A stretch of DNA of 64,000 nt. It comes from Promethearchaeota archaeon. Lineage in GTDB: Archaea; Asgardarchaeota; Lokiarchaeia; Sigyniarchaeales; SOKP01. The stretch is taken from the NCBI GenBank assembly GCA_016839765.1, contig JAEOTP010000016.1:64001-128000 (forward strand). The letters run 5' to 3'. The translations under genes and the position numbers were made by a program. The notes below the pieces were generated by a model, which was not told where the DNA came from, did not search any database, and was given only the letters and a program-made list of their open reading frames with translations. Shown piece by piece: positions 49,511 through 59,676 of this stretch. Within the stretch, counting starts at the first letter, position 1, and the number at the start of each line of letters is the position of its first letter.

Positions 49511-49985
49511 GGACAATAGTATTGCATTGGAATTGAATACAATTATTACAGTCCACAGTAGAGTAAATTGCGACTATTTAATAAGTTGAAATAACTCAAA
49601 GATTTTTTATTTTTGGTGACTAAGGATTTAATGATTACATTGAATCCAATTGTTTTTTATTATTGATTTACATTTGTTCCTATAGTACTCTATAGAAAAT
49701 TTCATAAGTTTTAATATTTACATCAATTCAGCAAATAATTATATTATACAAATAATTGCTATAAAAGGAAAAGTAGGTTATACTTAGGAGCGATAATAAT
49801 ATGAATTCTTGTCGTATTGAGTAAATTTTTTGATACTCGAGACAATAAATCAAAAATGGCTCTTTAGAAAAATTTCCTAATTTCCCAATAGAGGCTTTGA
49901 TTCAGGAGATCATTCATAGGAAGAAATAGTGCAATTTTCCTTTGATACAATTCTTCTGAGGTTATTGGAGCTACTATTGTCCACC
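49511..49985 (+). ncRNA. Candidate large structured ncRNA (~475 nt), family unrecognised
   Basis: Perfect 11-bp 5'/3' helix, nested long-range helices, multiple hairpins with G-U pairs, upstream TATA, downstream T8. Confidence 0.65.
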
Positions 49986-50840
49986 TTTTTTTTCTCTTTT
50001 AAGCTGATTGAAATAATTTAAATCTTCAATAGTATCAATATCGTAAAAATTTTTTCTTGAATCTATTTTAAATGGAAATATATTTTGATGTTGCTTTAAA
50101 TATATATTTAATATTTCTCTAATTTCCTCTACTGGATTACTTTTAGAAAGTTTATTTAAAATTTCTAAAAAAGAGTAGTTTAAGACTAATATTGGAATAA
50201 TACGTTTAAGATATATTTCTTTGGGAACTGAATTTATATCGATCTTTTTAATTTCTTTAATTTTAATTTTTGGTTTAGTTTCATCAGATTCTAAAATTGA
50301 TATAAAATTAATTCTCCCTTTACCAGATTTATATAAATGTTTGGCTTGAATTTCTTGGTAAAAAATATAAGGGCTAGTTAGAAGTAATTCAAATTTTTCG
50401 TAAATAAAACTAAAAATTTCTTTTAATAACTCAATATTGAAAATTGTATCCCCAGGAAAAACAATAAATACATTACCCTTCTTGTAAATAATCTTGTTCT
50501 TCATTATGGAAAGTAAAGAAAACATTGGTCCCTTCTTATAATCTTGGCCTGAATTAACTATAAATAATTTATTTTTTAAATTCCGATGCTCTTTTATTAA
50601 TTTATCCAAAAAAGCTTCAATTTTTTCACTTAGATATCCAGTAACAACAGCAATTTTAGATACTCTTAATATACTAAGATCTCTAATTAAATAATTAAGT
50701 ATGGTAATGTTATTAAGAGCATTTATTTTAATTAGTGGTTTAGGAATTTTTTGATTAATTTTACTATATCTAGTTCCTTTACCAGCACATAAAATTATAG
50801 GTATTATACTTTTTTCTTTATTCTTCTTTTGTGGTAACAA
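49974..50840 (-). CDS. NTP-transferase domain protein
   Basis: IILCAGKGTR, PKPL, PGD, FYDIDT. Confidence 0.82.
   Translation of the reverse strand: MLPQKKNKEKSIIPIILCAGKGTRYSKINQKIPKPLIKINALNNITILNYLIRDLSILRVSKIAVVTGYLSEKIEAFLDKLIKEHRNLKNKLFIVNSGQDYKKGPMFSLLSIMKNKIIYKKGNVFIVFPGDTIFNIELLKEIFSFIYEKFELLLTSPYIFYQEIQAKHLYKSGKGRINFISILESDETKPKIKIKEIKKIDINSVPKEIYLKRIIPILVLNYSFLEILNKLSKSNPVEEIREILNIYLKQHQNIFPFKIDSRKNFYDIDTIEDLNYFNQLKREKKGGQ
49986..49993 (+). terminator. Oligo-T terminator of the candidate ncRNA
   Basis: T8 immediately after ...GTCCACC. Confidence 0.5.
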
Positions 50841-51756
50841 TTGGATTTCCTTCCATATCTATTATAATTGTATGTTCTTGCTGGGCTACAGGGGCACCAG
50901 TCCTTTCAAGTAATATTGGATAATGATCAAGAATCTTCTTACGTAAAAATCTATCAATTATTCCTTTAATATCCTTTTTTAAAATGCCGTTTTTCTCCAG
51001 TAATCGAGGTGAAAATGGAAGGCGATTAGTTATTTTTTCTACTTTATTCATTAAATCTAGATCTTTATAGGAGAGCCCTTTTTTAATCTTTTTAACAAAA
51101 CGATAAATGTAAGACTGTGCTCCATTTACAACTTTACCAACTCCTGATGTGGTAAAGGGTTCACACGCATAAGCATCACCCGGTTTTAAAACTTGATTAT
51201 GACTGGTATCTTTAAAATTTGGTATAAATGGACCAGCATGCAGATTATATCTTTTTAATTCATGACCTCCGAGATTAGTAATTGGTCTTAAACCATAATT
51301 AATAATTTTTTCAGCAATAGCTTCTCCTAACTCATATAATTTAGTTCCTGGTTTGAAAATAGCAATAGCGGCTTCAAGACCATCATTTGCTGCATCAATA
51401 TAATTTTGAAGGGTTTTATCATTATTAATATTGAATGTAATGGCAGAATCAGCGATATATCCTTTATAATGAGCCCCCAAATCAATTTTTAATAATCCCC
51501 TATCCGGTACAATTGTTTCATCATCAATAGAAGGGCTATAATGAGCAGCAATCTTGTCCAAGGAGATATTTATTGGAAAAGCTAATTCGCATCCTTGGTT
51601 AAATATTTCATCTTCACATTTATTTGCAATTTCTAAAAATAATACTCCCGGTTTAATAATCTTTTTAGCCAATTTTTTTGCATATATTACAGCTTTACCG
51701 GCTTTTTTATATGATTCTATCCATTCTTCAGTCATAATTAATAAAGAGTTTATCAT
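50818..51756 (-). CDS. map: Type II methionine aminopeptidase
   Basis: AFPINIS...AAHY, DLGAH..GYIADSA, NLGGH, EPF, EHT. Confidence 0.95.
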   Translation of the reverse strand: MINSLLIMTEEWIESYKKAGKAVIYAKKLAKKIIKPGVLFLEIANKCEDEIFNQGCELAFPINISLDKIAAHYSPSIDDETIVPDRGLLKIDLGAHYKGYIADSAITFNINNDKTLQNYIDAANDGLEAAIAIFKPGTKLYELGEAIAEKIINYGLRPITNLGGHELKRYNLHAGPFIPNFKDTSHNQVLKPGDAYACEPFTTSGVGKVVNGAQSYIYRFVKKIKKGLSYKDLDLMNKVEKITNRLPFSPRLLEKNGILKKDIKGIIDRFLRKKILDHYPILLERTGAPVAQQEHTIIIDMEGNPIVTTKEE

Positions 51757-51766
51757 TAAAATCTTA

Positions 51767-53089
51767 TTAGGGTGTTAATCTATCAGGTGTTCTAGGATAC
51801 ATAACGGATTCTCTAATATCGTCCAAGCCACATAAAAATGTAATCCAGCGTGCTATACCTAAACCAAATCCTGCATGAGGAGGCATACCAAAACCAAAAG
51901 CATTAAGATGAGATTCAAATGAAATTGGATTTAATCCTTTTTCTTCAAGTGCTTCAATAAGTTTTTCTTTGTTATGTACTCGGGTTCCACCTGAAGTTAA
52001 TTCAAGCCACCCCATTTGTAAATCGAATGATTCGCTATATTTTGGATCTTTTGATGGCTGAATGTAAAATGGTTTTATAAGCATTGGCCAATGGGTAATG
52101 TAGTAATAACCTGTGATCTCTTCTCCTAATTTACGATAAGCCTCTGTAGAAATATCTTCACCCCATTCTACGTTAATTTTAAATTCTTTAGTTATTAAAT
52201 CGAGGATTTCATCATAAGTATATCTTGGAAGCGGTATTTCTGGAACGATAGTCTTATTATCCATTTTTAAAATTTTTAAAGCTGGCATTTTATTTTTTCT
52301 TATATCCTTAATGACATTGTGGACCATTTCTTCTAAGATCTTGAGGACATCATTCATATCTGCAAAAGCCATTTCTAGATCTAATGTAAAAATCTCACAT
52401 AAGTGTCTTTTAGTGCGGCTTTTTTCAGCTCTAAAGCAAGGACTTATTTCGAATACTCTTTCATATACACCACTAAGTTGTTCTTTATATAGCTGAGCTG
52501 ATTGTGTTAGAAATGCCTCTTTATCAAAGTACATAATAGGGAATAATTCTGTACCACCTTCAGTAGCCGATCCAATAATTTTTGGGGTTGTAATCTCGGT
52601 AAAATCTCTTTCTAATAAAAAATTTCTAATAGATTTTAAAACTTCTGCTCTAATTTCAAAGATCGCTTGACTTCTTAAAGATCTTAAATCTAAAGCCCTA
52701 TTATTTAACCTTAGATCTAATTCAGAATTAGTTTCTCCAGTCATATCAATGGGAAGCTTTTCAGGAGTTTTGTTTAATATTTTTAATTTCGATGGAATAA
52801 TCTCAATTCCTCCAGGAGCTTTATCAAATCTCTTTACTTTACCTTTTACCATTATACAATATTGATAACCCAACTTAGCTTTATCGAAAATTTCATCCGA
52901 AACTACACCTTTTTTTAAAGTTATTTGCCGTTCTCCATACTTATCTTGAAGATTAATAAATTTTAAGCCACCAAGATCTCTAAAATTTCTCACCCAACCT
53001 CCGAGGATTACCTCTTTATCTATAAACTCTTGAGTTATATCTTTAGTGTAATGGGATTTTCTCCAATCTGCTAATTCATCAAGTGCCAT
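51767..53089 (-). CDS. aspS: Aspartate--tRNA ligase, probably non-discriminating Asp/Asn
   Basis: RDLGG, KAPGG (Pro in L1 loop), [31 protein letters not shown]. Confidence 0.95.
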   Translation of the reverse strand: MALDELADWRKSHYTKDITQEFIDKEVILGGWVRNFRDLGGLKFINLQDKYGERQITLKKGVVSDEIFDKAKLGYQYCIMVKGKVKRFDKAPGGIEIIPSKLKILNKTPEKLPIDMTGETNSELDLRLNNRALDLRSLRSQAIFEIRAEVLKSIRNFLLERDFTEITTPKIIGSATEGGTELFPIMYFDKEAFLTQSAQLYKEQLSGVYERVFEISPCFRAEKSRTKRHLCEIFTLDLEMAFADMNDVLKILEEMVHNVIKDIRKNKMPALKILKMDNKTIVPEIPLPRYTYDEILDLITKEFKINVEWGEDISTEAYRKLGEEITGYYYITHWPMLIKPFYIQPSKDPKYSESFDLQMGWLELTSGGTRVHNKEKLIEALEEKGLNPISFESHLNAFGFGMPPHAGFGLGIARWITFLCGLDDIRESVMYPRTPDRLTP

Positions 53090-53172
53090 ATTTTTAATTT
53101 TTATGATTATTATTACCTAAATTAAAATTTGAAAAGGAAATTAACAATAAATTTTTTGCTATCTTATAATGA

Positions 53173-54684
53173 TTGATCATGCCAAATCTAATTTGGAGTG
53201 GAAAAAAAGATCAATATAATTTCTCAAAATTAAATTTCAAAAATAAAGAACTTTTACAAAAAAGCAAGCAGGATCTAGGAATTTTGTTTGAAAGATACCA
53301 ACACAAAACATTAGATAATAATCTTGAGAAAGATTGGCAAAATCTTCTTATTTGGGGAGAAAATAACAAAATTATGCATTTATTATTAAAGGATTTTTCG
53401 GGCAAAATCAATCTTATTTATATTGACCCCCCATTCGCAACTGGCGGAAATTTTAATTATAAAATCCATATTGGAGAAAAGAATTTTAGTGAGTCTGCAA
53501 AAGCATATTCAGATATTTGGAAAGAAGGTTTAGAGGCATATTTATCATTTTTGCATGAACGCTTGATGTTAATGAAACATTTACTTTCTGAAAATGGAAG
53601 TATTTATGTTCATTTAGATTGGCATGTTAGCCATTACATAAAGATTATTTTAGATGAAATATTTGGAATTGAAAATTTTAGAAATGAAATAATATGGTCA
53701 TATCCAGCAGCTTCAGTTCAGACAAGAAGATTTTTCATCAGATCTTATGATGTAATCTTATTTTATACAAAATCTGATGATTATATTTTTAATGATAATC
53801 CAAATATCTATATGGAGTACTCAAATCGAGTAAAAAATGCTTTAAAGAAAGATGAGCATGGAATATTTTATTATCGAGGAGGAAGTCATAATGGAAAAAA
53901 GTTATCTCGTAAAGTTTATGTTAAAGAAGGCGGAATTTTTCCCAGAGATGTTTGGAATGATATTCCTTATATTAGAGCTAATACAATGGAATATCAAGGT
54001 TTTTCAACTCAGAAACCAGAAAGATTATTAAAACGTATTATTTTAGCCTCTTCAAATGAAAAGGATCTTATAGCAGATTTCTTTTGTGGAAGTGGTACCA
54101 GCCTTATTGTTGCTGAGAAACTTAATAGACGTTGGATAGGGTGTGATTTAGCAAAACATGCAATTCATATTACTAGGAAAAGAATTCTGGATATTTCTAA
54201 TAGTAATAATCTTTTTAATTGGAAGGAAACTTATGATCATTATTTTCAACCATTTGAAGTTATCAACCTGAATACAGAATTTAATACTGTTAATATTCCT
54301 GAAAACTTTCTAAAGAAAGAAGATGCAAATATCAATATGACCGGACACCCTAAATTTGAGGTAAAGATTTGTAAAGATGGAAAAAAAGTGTGGATTGAAT
54401 TAAAAAATTATAAATTACCTTATATAAATTTAATAAATGATAAGATTAAACCCAAGATCGTCTCATTTCATGACTTGATTGATTATTGGGCTGTAGATTT
54501 TAATCATAAAGATAATTGCTTTAATAATGTATGGTTCTCATATAAAACAGGTAAAAATCGGAAATTACAATTAACTTCTACTCCATATTATTATAAAGAA
54601 TCAAATCAATACCACATTCAAGTAAAAGTTATTAATGTTTTTGGACAAGAGAATATTCAGAAATACTCTGTTAAAATTAGTTAA
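53173..54684 (+). CDS. Beta-class amino-DNA methyltransferase (Mod-like), orphan
   Basis: YIDPPF, RNEIIW, TQKPERLL, DFFCGSGT. Confidence 0.9.
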   Translation: MIMPNLIWSGKKDQYNFSKLNFKNKELLQKSKQDLGILFERYQHKTLDNNLEKDWQNLLIWGENNKIMHLLLKDFSGKINLIYIDPPFATGGNFNYKIHIGEKNFSESAKAYSDIWKEGLEAYLSFLHERLMLMKHLLSENGSIYVHLDWHVSHYIKIILDEIFGIENFRNEIIWSYPAASVQTRRFFIRSYDVILFYTKSDDYIFNDNPNIYMEYSNRVKNALKKDEHGIFYYRGGSHNGKKLSRKVYVKEGGIFPRDVWNDIPYIRANTMEYQGFSTQKPERLLKRIILASSNEKDLIADFFCGSGTSLIVAEKLNRRWIGCDLAKHAIHITRKRILDISNSNNLFNWKETYDHYFQPFEVINLNTEFNTVNIPENFLKKEDANINMTGHPKFEVKICKDGKKVWIELKNYKLPYINLINDKIKPKIVSFHDLIDYWAVDFNHKDNCFNNVWFSYKTGKNRKLQLTSTPYYYKESNQYHIQVKVINVFGQENIQKYSVKIS

Positions 54685-56070
54685 TTATTTTATAAGTTCT
54701 CTTAATAACATCGTAGCATAGGAACCCTTCTGGAGCGAAAATTCTAGTTTTAATTTAAATTTTTCTCGAAATAAATCATCTTCTGTAAATTCTAATAAAT
54801 TTAGACCAATTGGTTTAATAGTTATAGATCTAAAAGCTCCTTTAAATTCATGATCTCTCAACAGATCACTATTAAAAATATCTTCATCAATGTGTTCCTC
54901 TAAAAATATTTCTTCGATTAGATCTTTCACTAATGGAAATTCATCTAATTCCGTATCATAACCAATTAGAGGGAATATAATAGATGCACGCTTTAATTTT
55001 AAAGCTTCCTTTAAATATTTATCATAATTTCCTCCATACTTATAAATTATCTGAGTAGATTGCCCATCGAAATCATCTAAAATACTAATTACATCACCAT
55101 TTATTGGTTTAAATAATGGGAAACCCTTCATAATCCTCATAGTTAACATCCTGTTAAATAAGTAAGATTGAAAAGAGCTAAGTAATAATTTTTTTAGATA
55201 ATTAGGTAAATTATATACAGCCCCTTTGTAATCACTAGGATTTTCAATTAGGTACTTAATCATAATCTTTTCATAATTCAAACTATTGGGAAATTGATTG
55301 TAGGCTTTTTCAAGATCACCGCTTTTTCTTAATTCATTACGAATTTTTTGAGATCGTATCGATTCTGTGGTATATGAATTGACAACATATTCATCAAAAG
55401 CTTCCTTAAATTTGCCTTCTAAGATAAACCTTCCAATAAGATGCGAATTTGGTCTAAATGTACCAAATCTTTGAAGTCCAAAATAATTTGGAAATCCTTG
55501 ATTTTTAAGAATTTTAAAAATTTTGTTAATTTTTGTTAAGATGTTTTTGAATTTTTCAATATTTCTAATTGTAATTATAAAGTGATTACCCCAATTACTT
55601 CCCAACTTTACAGGCTTTCTTGAAGGGTAAATATTTCTTATGAAAATATCTTTAAGTTTTAATTTTCTCAGTTTTTCAATAAAATTTCCCCTGATAGATA
55701 CTTTTTGCACGCTAATTGAACATTTATCTTTTAAACCTGAATAATAAATCGAATCTAAAGGAATTTTTAGAGCTTTACTTATGAGATTAATTGCTTCAAA
55801 TGTTTCTTTATTTATTTTAATCAAGCTAAAGCTTGTGAATCGGTCTTTTGAGTCTTTAGAGAAAGATGAGCTAAGATTATCTTCCTTAATTTCAAGCGTA
55901 TACCGCCCTTTAATAATTTCCTTTACTATAAAATCTTTGAAATCATATTTATAAAGTCCTCCTATTCCTTTTACATTCGAAGAAGAATAAATTTCTATAT
56001 TTACAAATCTCTCAAGTCTTTTTTCCCCGTTGGCAATATGAATTAGTTTATTTTTACCACTTTCATCCAA
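54685..56070 (-). CDS. truD: tRNA pseudouridine(13) synthase
   Basis: DFIVKE, GLKDK, GNHF, PNYFGLQRFG, GSYATMLLRE. Confidence 0.95.
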   Translation of the reverse strand: MDESGKNKLIHIANGEKRLERFVNIEIYSSSNVKGIGGLYKYDFKDFIVKEIIKGRYTLEIKEDNLSSSFSKDSKDRFTSFSLIKINKETFEAINLISKALKIPLDSIYYSGLKDKCSISVQKVSIRGNFIEKLRKLKLKDIFIRNIYPSRKPVKLGSNWGNHFIITIRNIEKFKNILTKINKIFKILKNQGFPNYFGLQRFGTFRPNSHLIGRFILEGKFKEAFDEYVVNSYTTESIRSQKIRNELRKSGDLEKAYNQFPNSLNYEKIMIKYLIENPSDYKGAVYNLPNYLKKLLLSSFQSYLFNRMLTMRIMKGFPLFKPINGDVISILDDFDGQSTQIIYKYGGNYDKYLKEALKLKRASIIFPLIGYDTELDEFPLVKDLIEEIFLEEHIDEDIFNSDLLRDHEFKGAFRSITIKPIGLNLLEFTEDDLFREKFKLKLEFSLQKGSYATMLLRELIK

Positions 56071-56092
56071 AGTATGTAACCTTCATATTTTT

Positions 56093-56467
56093 TTATAACA
56101 ATTTTAGATTTCCAGTGATAACATCAATATCTTTTGACCTTGCTGGACCAATACCCAAAGCTGTTGTAGTACCTGAAGGTAATTGAGTTAATCCCGCATC
56201 CTTGACTAAAAAATATGGGATTTCTTTTTTATCAAGTTTATCTAAAATTTCGTTTAAATAAATCAAATTATCAATCTTAAGAACTACTTTTTTTTGTCCT
56301 GAATTAATCCAATGCTTCCAAACAGACTTATTTGTTCTCCTAACTAAATCTGCTGCTGAAACTGAGGCATGACAGGATTGAGCACATTTTTTACCAGTAC
56401 CCATTTTTAAATCTGTTCTTATTAAAATAACTTGCTTATATTCTTCCACGGTTACTAAACCTATCAA
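56093..56467 (-). CDS. pth2: Peptidyl-tRNA hydrolase Pth2
   Basis: [34 protein letters not shown]. Confidence 0.95.
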   Translation of the reverse strand: MIGLVTVEEYKQVILIRTDLKMGTGKKCAQSCHASVSAADLVRRTNKSVWKHWINSGQKKVVLKIDNLIYLNEILDKLDKKEIPYFLVKDAGLTQLPSGTTTALGIGPARSKDIDVITGNLKLL

Positions 56468-56487
56468 TTGTTAAGAAACTAGATGAA

Positions 56488-56997
56488 TTACTCAAATTCT
56501 ATCCGAGTTACTTTCCCAATTAATTCTAATACTAATTCTTCTAATTCTTCTTTAGTAAATAAGATTTCTTCTTTATCTTGAGATCTAATAACAGCCTTAA
56601 ATTCAATATCTCCAGTAGCTAAGAAGATCTCGTTTAAGGAAATTAATTTACTTGGAGCAATTAAAGCTTCTATTACTGGTCTTGGTTTATTCGTTTTTTC
56701 AATAAAAATCAATTCATCTATTTCATATGTTTCTTTTATCCAATTAATTAAATCTTGAGTGATTCTGAGCTTATCTTTTCTTCCTAGAACCAGTATTACT
56801 ACATCTTCAAAATCTATAGCTTTATGAAAAGAAATATCTTTCAAAAAATTAAACTTTTCTTGCTCTTCCAGTGTTAACAAGCCTTTTGCTAAATCTAACT
56901 CAAACTCAGTCAGTTCACCAGTATCTAGCTTTTGTTCACAACTATTGCATAAAAAGCCTGAATTTACACATGTTTGACACGCTGGAAGATTTTTCAT
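56488..56997 (-). CDS. Archaeal NusA-like protein with N-terminal Zn ribbon
   Basis: PACQTCVNSGFLCNSC N-terminus; position between rpl38e and pth2. Confidence 0.7.
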   Translation of the reverse strand: MKNLPACQTCVNSGFLCNSCEQKLDTGELTEFELDLAKGLLTLEEQEKFNFLKDISFHKAIDFEDVVILVLGRKDKLRITQDLINWIKETYEIDELIFIEKTNKPRPVIEALIAPSKLISLNEIFLATGDIEFKAVIRSQDKEEILFTKEELEELVLELIGKVTRIEFE

Positions 56998-57039
56998 TAT
57001 TTAAACTTAATTTTATATTATTTAAACAATAAATTTCTC

Positions 57040-57234
57040 TTATAATTCAATAACGTCGCACTTTATAGTATTTAGCAGTCTATTTGCTGTATTAGGATCA
57101 GTTTGGTATGTGTATAGGTATTTCTTTGTTCTGAGCTTTAGTTTTACAACATCCTTAATCCTTTTTACTCTACAATGAATCGCGAATTCGGCCAATTCTA
57201 AAAATTTATTTTCATCGAAAATTTCCTTAGGCAT
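57040..57234 (-). CDS. rpl38e: 50S ribosomal protein L38e
   Basis: MPKEI...VKLKLRTKKYLYT. Confidence 0.9.
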   Translation of the reverse strand: MPKEIFDENKFLELAEFAIHCRVKRIKDVVKLKLRTKKYLYTYQTDPNTANRLLNTIKCDVIEL

Positions 57235-57259
57235 GATATATCATCCGATATTTAAATGC

Positions 57260-57285
57260 TTAGAATTCAACTATTTGAATTCTAA
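57260..57285. promoter_or_regulatory. Perfect 11-bp inverted repeat TTAGAATTCAA-CTAT-TTGAATTCTAA between divergent rpl38e and rpl40e
   Basis: Read directly from sequence; function inferred. Confidence 0.5.
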
Positions 57286-57437
57286 TTAATTATAAAATTT
57301 GAATTTTTTCATTCAGATACAAAAATTTTAATTCTTTTTACTATTCTTCCATACATCTTTATCTTGTAAATTAAAGATTATTGAATTAAAGCATTTATTT
57401 TTCTAAGCAAATAAAAAAGAAAACGGAGGAAATCGCA

Positions 57438-57602
57438 TTGGCACCTATTGATGACCCTTTCAAAAGAAGAATAGCTAGATATCATTTATTAGAAAAAAGT
57501 GTATGCAGACGATGTGGTGCACTCAATCCAATTAGAGCCAGGAAATGTCGTCGTTGTAGAGGAAAAGATCTTAGGCTAAAAAAAAGAGAATTAACAAAAT
57601 AG
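57438..57602 (+). CDS. rpl40e: 50S ribosomal protein L40e (missed by ORF track)
   Basis: TTG start after GGAGG; MAPIDDPFKRRIARYHLLEKSVCRRCGALNPIRARKCRRCRGKDLRLKKRELTK. Confidence 0.95.
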   Translation: MAPIDDPFKRRIARYHLLEKSVCRRCGALNPIRARKCRRCRGKDLRLKKRELTK

Positions 57603-57771
57603 AGCCTTTTACTAATTTTAACAAAATAAGATTTAATTTTTTATACCTTCAGCTTCTTTTTCTCTTATAATAAATTTTCGTAAACTTTTTTAATTTTATG
57701 ACTTAGAGATCATTATATAACAATTAATTATTGATACAATCAAAACTTAAATTTAGTGAAAGTGAAAAAAT

Positions 57772-59460
57772 ATGGCACAATTAGGAGGTCAACCTATCAT
57801 CCTGTTAAAGGAAGGTACTGAAAGGCAACGCGGGAGAGATGCAATGGAAAATAACATCGCTGCCGCTAAAGCAATTGCTGATGCAGTTAGAACTTCTCTT
57901 GGACCACGCGGTATGGATAAAATGCTCGTTGATCAGTTTGGTGATGTTGTAATTACGAATGATGGAGCTACGATATTAAAGGAAATTGATGTACAGCATC
58001 CTGCGGCAAAAATGATGGTAGAAGTCGCCAAAACTCAAGATTCAGAAGTGGGTGATGGTACAACTACGAGTGTTATTCTTGCCGGTGAACTATTAAAACG
58101 AGCAGAAAAACTTTTACAACAAAAAATTCACCCTACAGTAATTACTGAAGGTTTTCGAAGGGCTGCTGAAAAAGCAATTGAAATCTTAGAAGGAATGTCA
58201 ATTAAGAGTGGAATTGATGACTATGATGGTCTTAAAAATGCCGCAATGACTTGTATGTCAAGTAAAATCGTATCTGAATCAAGAGAAATGCTTGCAGGAT
58301 TATGTATTGACGCTATTAAAGCTATTGCTGAAAAAGATGAAAATGGTAAATGGATAGCGGATATTGAGAAAGTACAAATTCAGAAAAAAGAAGGAGAAAG
58401 CATTGATGATACTACATTGATTAAGGGGATTATATTAGATAAGGAAGTTGTAAGCCCAGGTATGCCAAGAAGCGTGAAAGATGCTAAAATCTTATTATTA
58501 CAAAGCGCTGTGGAAATTGAAAAGACTGAGTTTGAGACTAAACTTCAGATTACAAGCCCAGAACAAATCCAACAATTCTTAGATGAAGAAGAACACATGC
58601 TAAGAAAAATGGTGCAAAAAATCGAAAATTCAGGCGCTAACGTTTTAATCTGTCAAAAAGGAATCGATGATATGGCTCAACACTTCTTAACAAAAGCAGG
58701 GATTCTAACTGTAAGAAGAGTTAAGAAATCTGATATTGAAAAGCTCTCAAAAGCCACTGGAGGTATGATTTTTAATAACTTAGACGACATTACACCAGAA
58801 AAACTAGGTTTTGCTGGTTTAGTAGAAGAACGCAAAGTCATGAACGATAGCTGGATTTTTATCGAAGAATGCAAAGATCCAAAATCAGTTGTAATTTTAA
58901 TTAGAGGAGGAACAGAATTAATCGTTGATGAAGTAGATAGAGCAATCCATGATGCTTTATGTGTAACTAGAGACATTATAGAAGACGAAAAAGTTGTTGG
59001 AGGCGGTGGAGCACCAGAGTTGGAAACCGCAATTCAATTACGTAAATTTGCTCAAACTTTAGGAGGGCGTGAGCAACTAGCAGTAGAAGTTTTTGCCGAT
59101 AGTTTAGATATTGTACCAAAAACTTTAGCGGAAAACGCAGGTTTAGATCAGATTGAAGTCCTCATGAAATTAAGAGCCTCACATCAAGCAGGCAATAAAT
59201 TTGCAGCTATTGATTTAGACACCGGAGATATCATCGATGACATGGTAAAAGTAGGAGTCATAGAACCTACCATTGTTAAAATTCAAGCTATTAAAAGTTC
59301 CACAGAAGCAGCTTCAATGCTACTAAGAATTGACGATGTTATTGCCAGTGCGAAAACTGCAGGACCCCCAGGAGGAATGCCTCCGCCAGGTATGGGCGGT
59401 ATGCCACCAGGTATGGGTGGTATGGGCGGGATGCCTCCGGGTATGGGAGATATGTATTAA
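57772..59460 (+). CDS. Thermosome (group II chaperonin) subunit
   Basis: [26 protein letters not shown]-rich tail. Confidence 0.97.
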   Translation: MAQLGGQPIILLKEGTERQRGRDAMENNIAAAKAIADAVRTSLGPRGMDKMLVDQFGDVVITNDGATILKEIDVQHPAAKMMVEVAKTQDSEVGDGTTTSVILAGELLKRAEKLLQQKIHPTVITEGFRRAAEKAIEILEGMSIKSGIDDYDGLKNAAMTCMSSKIVSESREMLAGLCIDAIKAIAEKDENGKWIADIEKVQIQKKEGESIDDTTLIKGIILDKEVVSPGMPRSVKDAKILLLQSAVEIEKTEFETKLQITSPEQIQQFLDEEEHMLRKMVQKIENSGANVLICQKGIDDMAQHFLTKAGILTVRRVKKSDIEKLSKATGGMIFNNLDDITPEKLGFAGLVEERKVMNDSWIFIEECKDPKSVVILIRGGTELIVDEVDRAIHDALCVTRDIIEDEKVVGGGGAPELETAIQLRKFAQTLGGREQLAVEVFADSLDIVPKTLAENAGLDQIEVLMKLRASHQAGNKFAAIDLDTGDIIDDMVKVGVIEPTIVKIQAIKSSTEAASMLLRIDDVIASAKTAGPPGGMPPPGMGGMPPGMGGMGGMPPGMGDMY

Positions 59461-59676
59461 AGAATTTAATTATTTTTTTTAATTTATTTTTTATTATTAA
59501 TTATTTAATTAATCGTAGTATTAATTAAGGAAATAAGGACTAACTAAATAATCGCTTCTTCTCATTTTTTTAAGTTTCGATTTCGGAGTCCATTTTTGGG
59601 AATTCATTTATACAAAAGTGTTAAAAGTCTAATTATAATCTAATAATATGGAAAAACCTTTTTAAGGTGAAATTTA

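Noticed and set aside
49510-49983. MITE interpretation of the 12-bp terminal inverted repeat
   Set aside because: No target-site duplication, no second copy or transposase in the window, and the promoter/terminator placement fits a transcript better; not fully excluded.
49511-49985. RNase P RNA, SRP RNA, 5S rRNA or tmRNA identity for the structured interval
   Set aside because: Diagnostic conserved motifs not found by eye (only an isolated AGTCC at 49550-54); not assigned without a covariance-model search.
59365-59457. GC-rich repeat at the thermosome 3' end
   Set aside because: Ordinary GGM/PPG low-complexity chaperonin tail.
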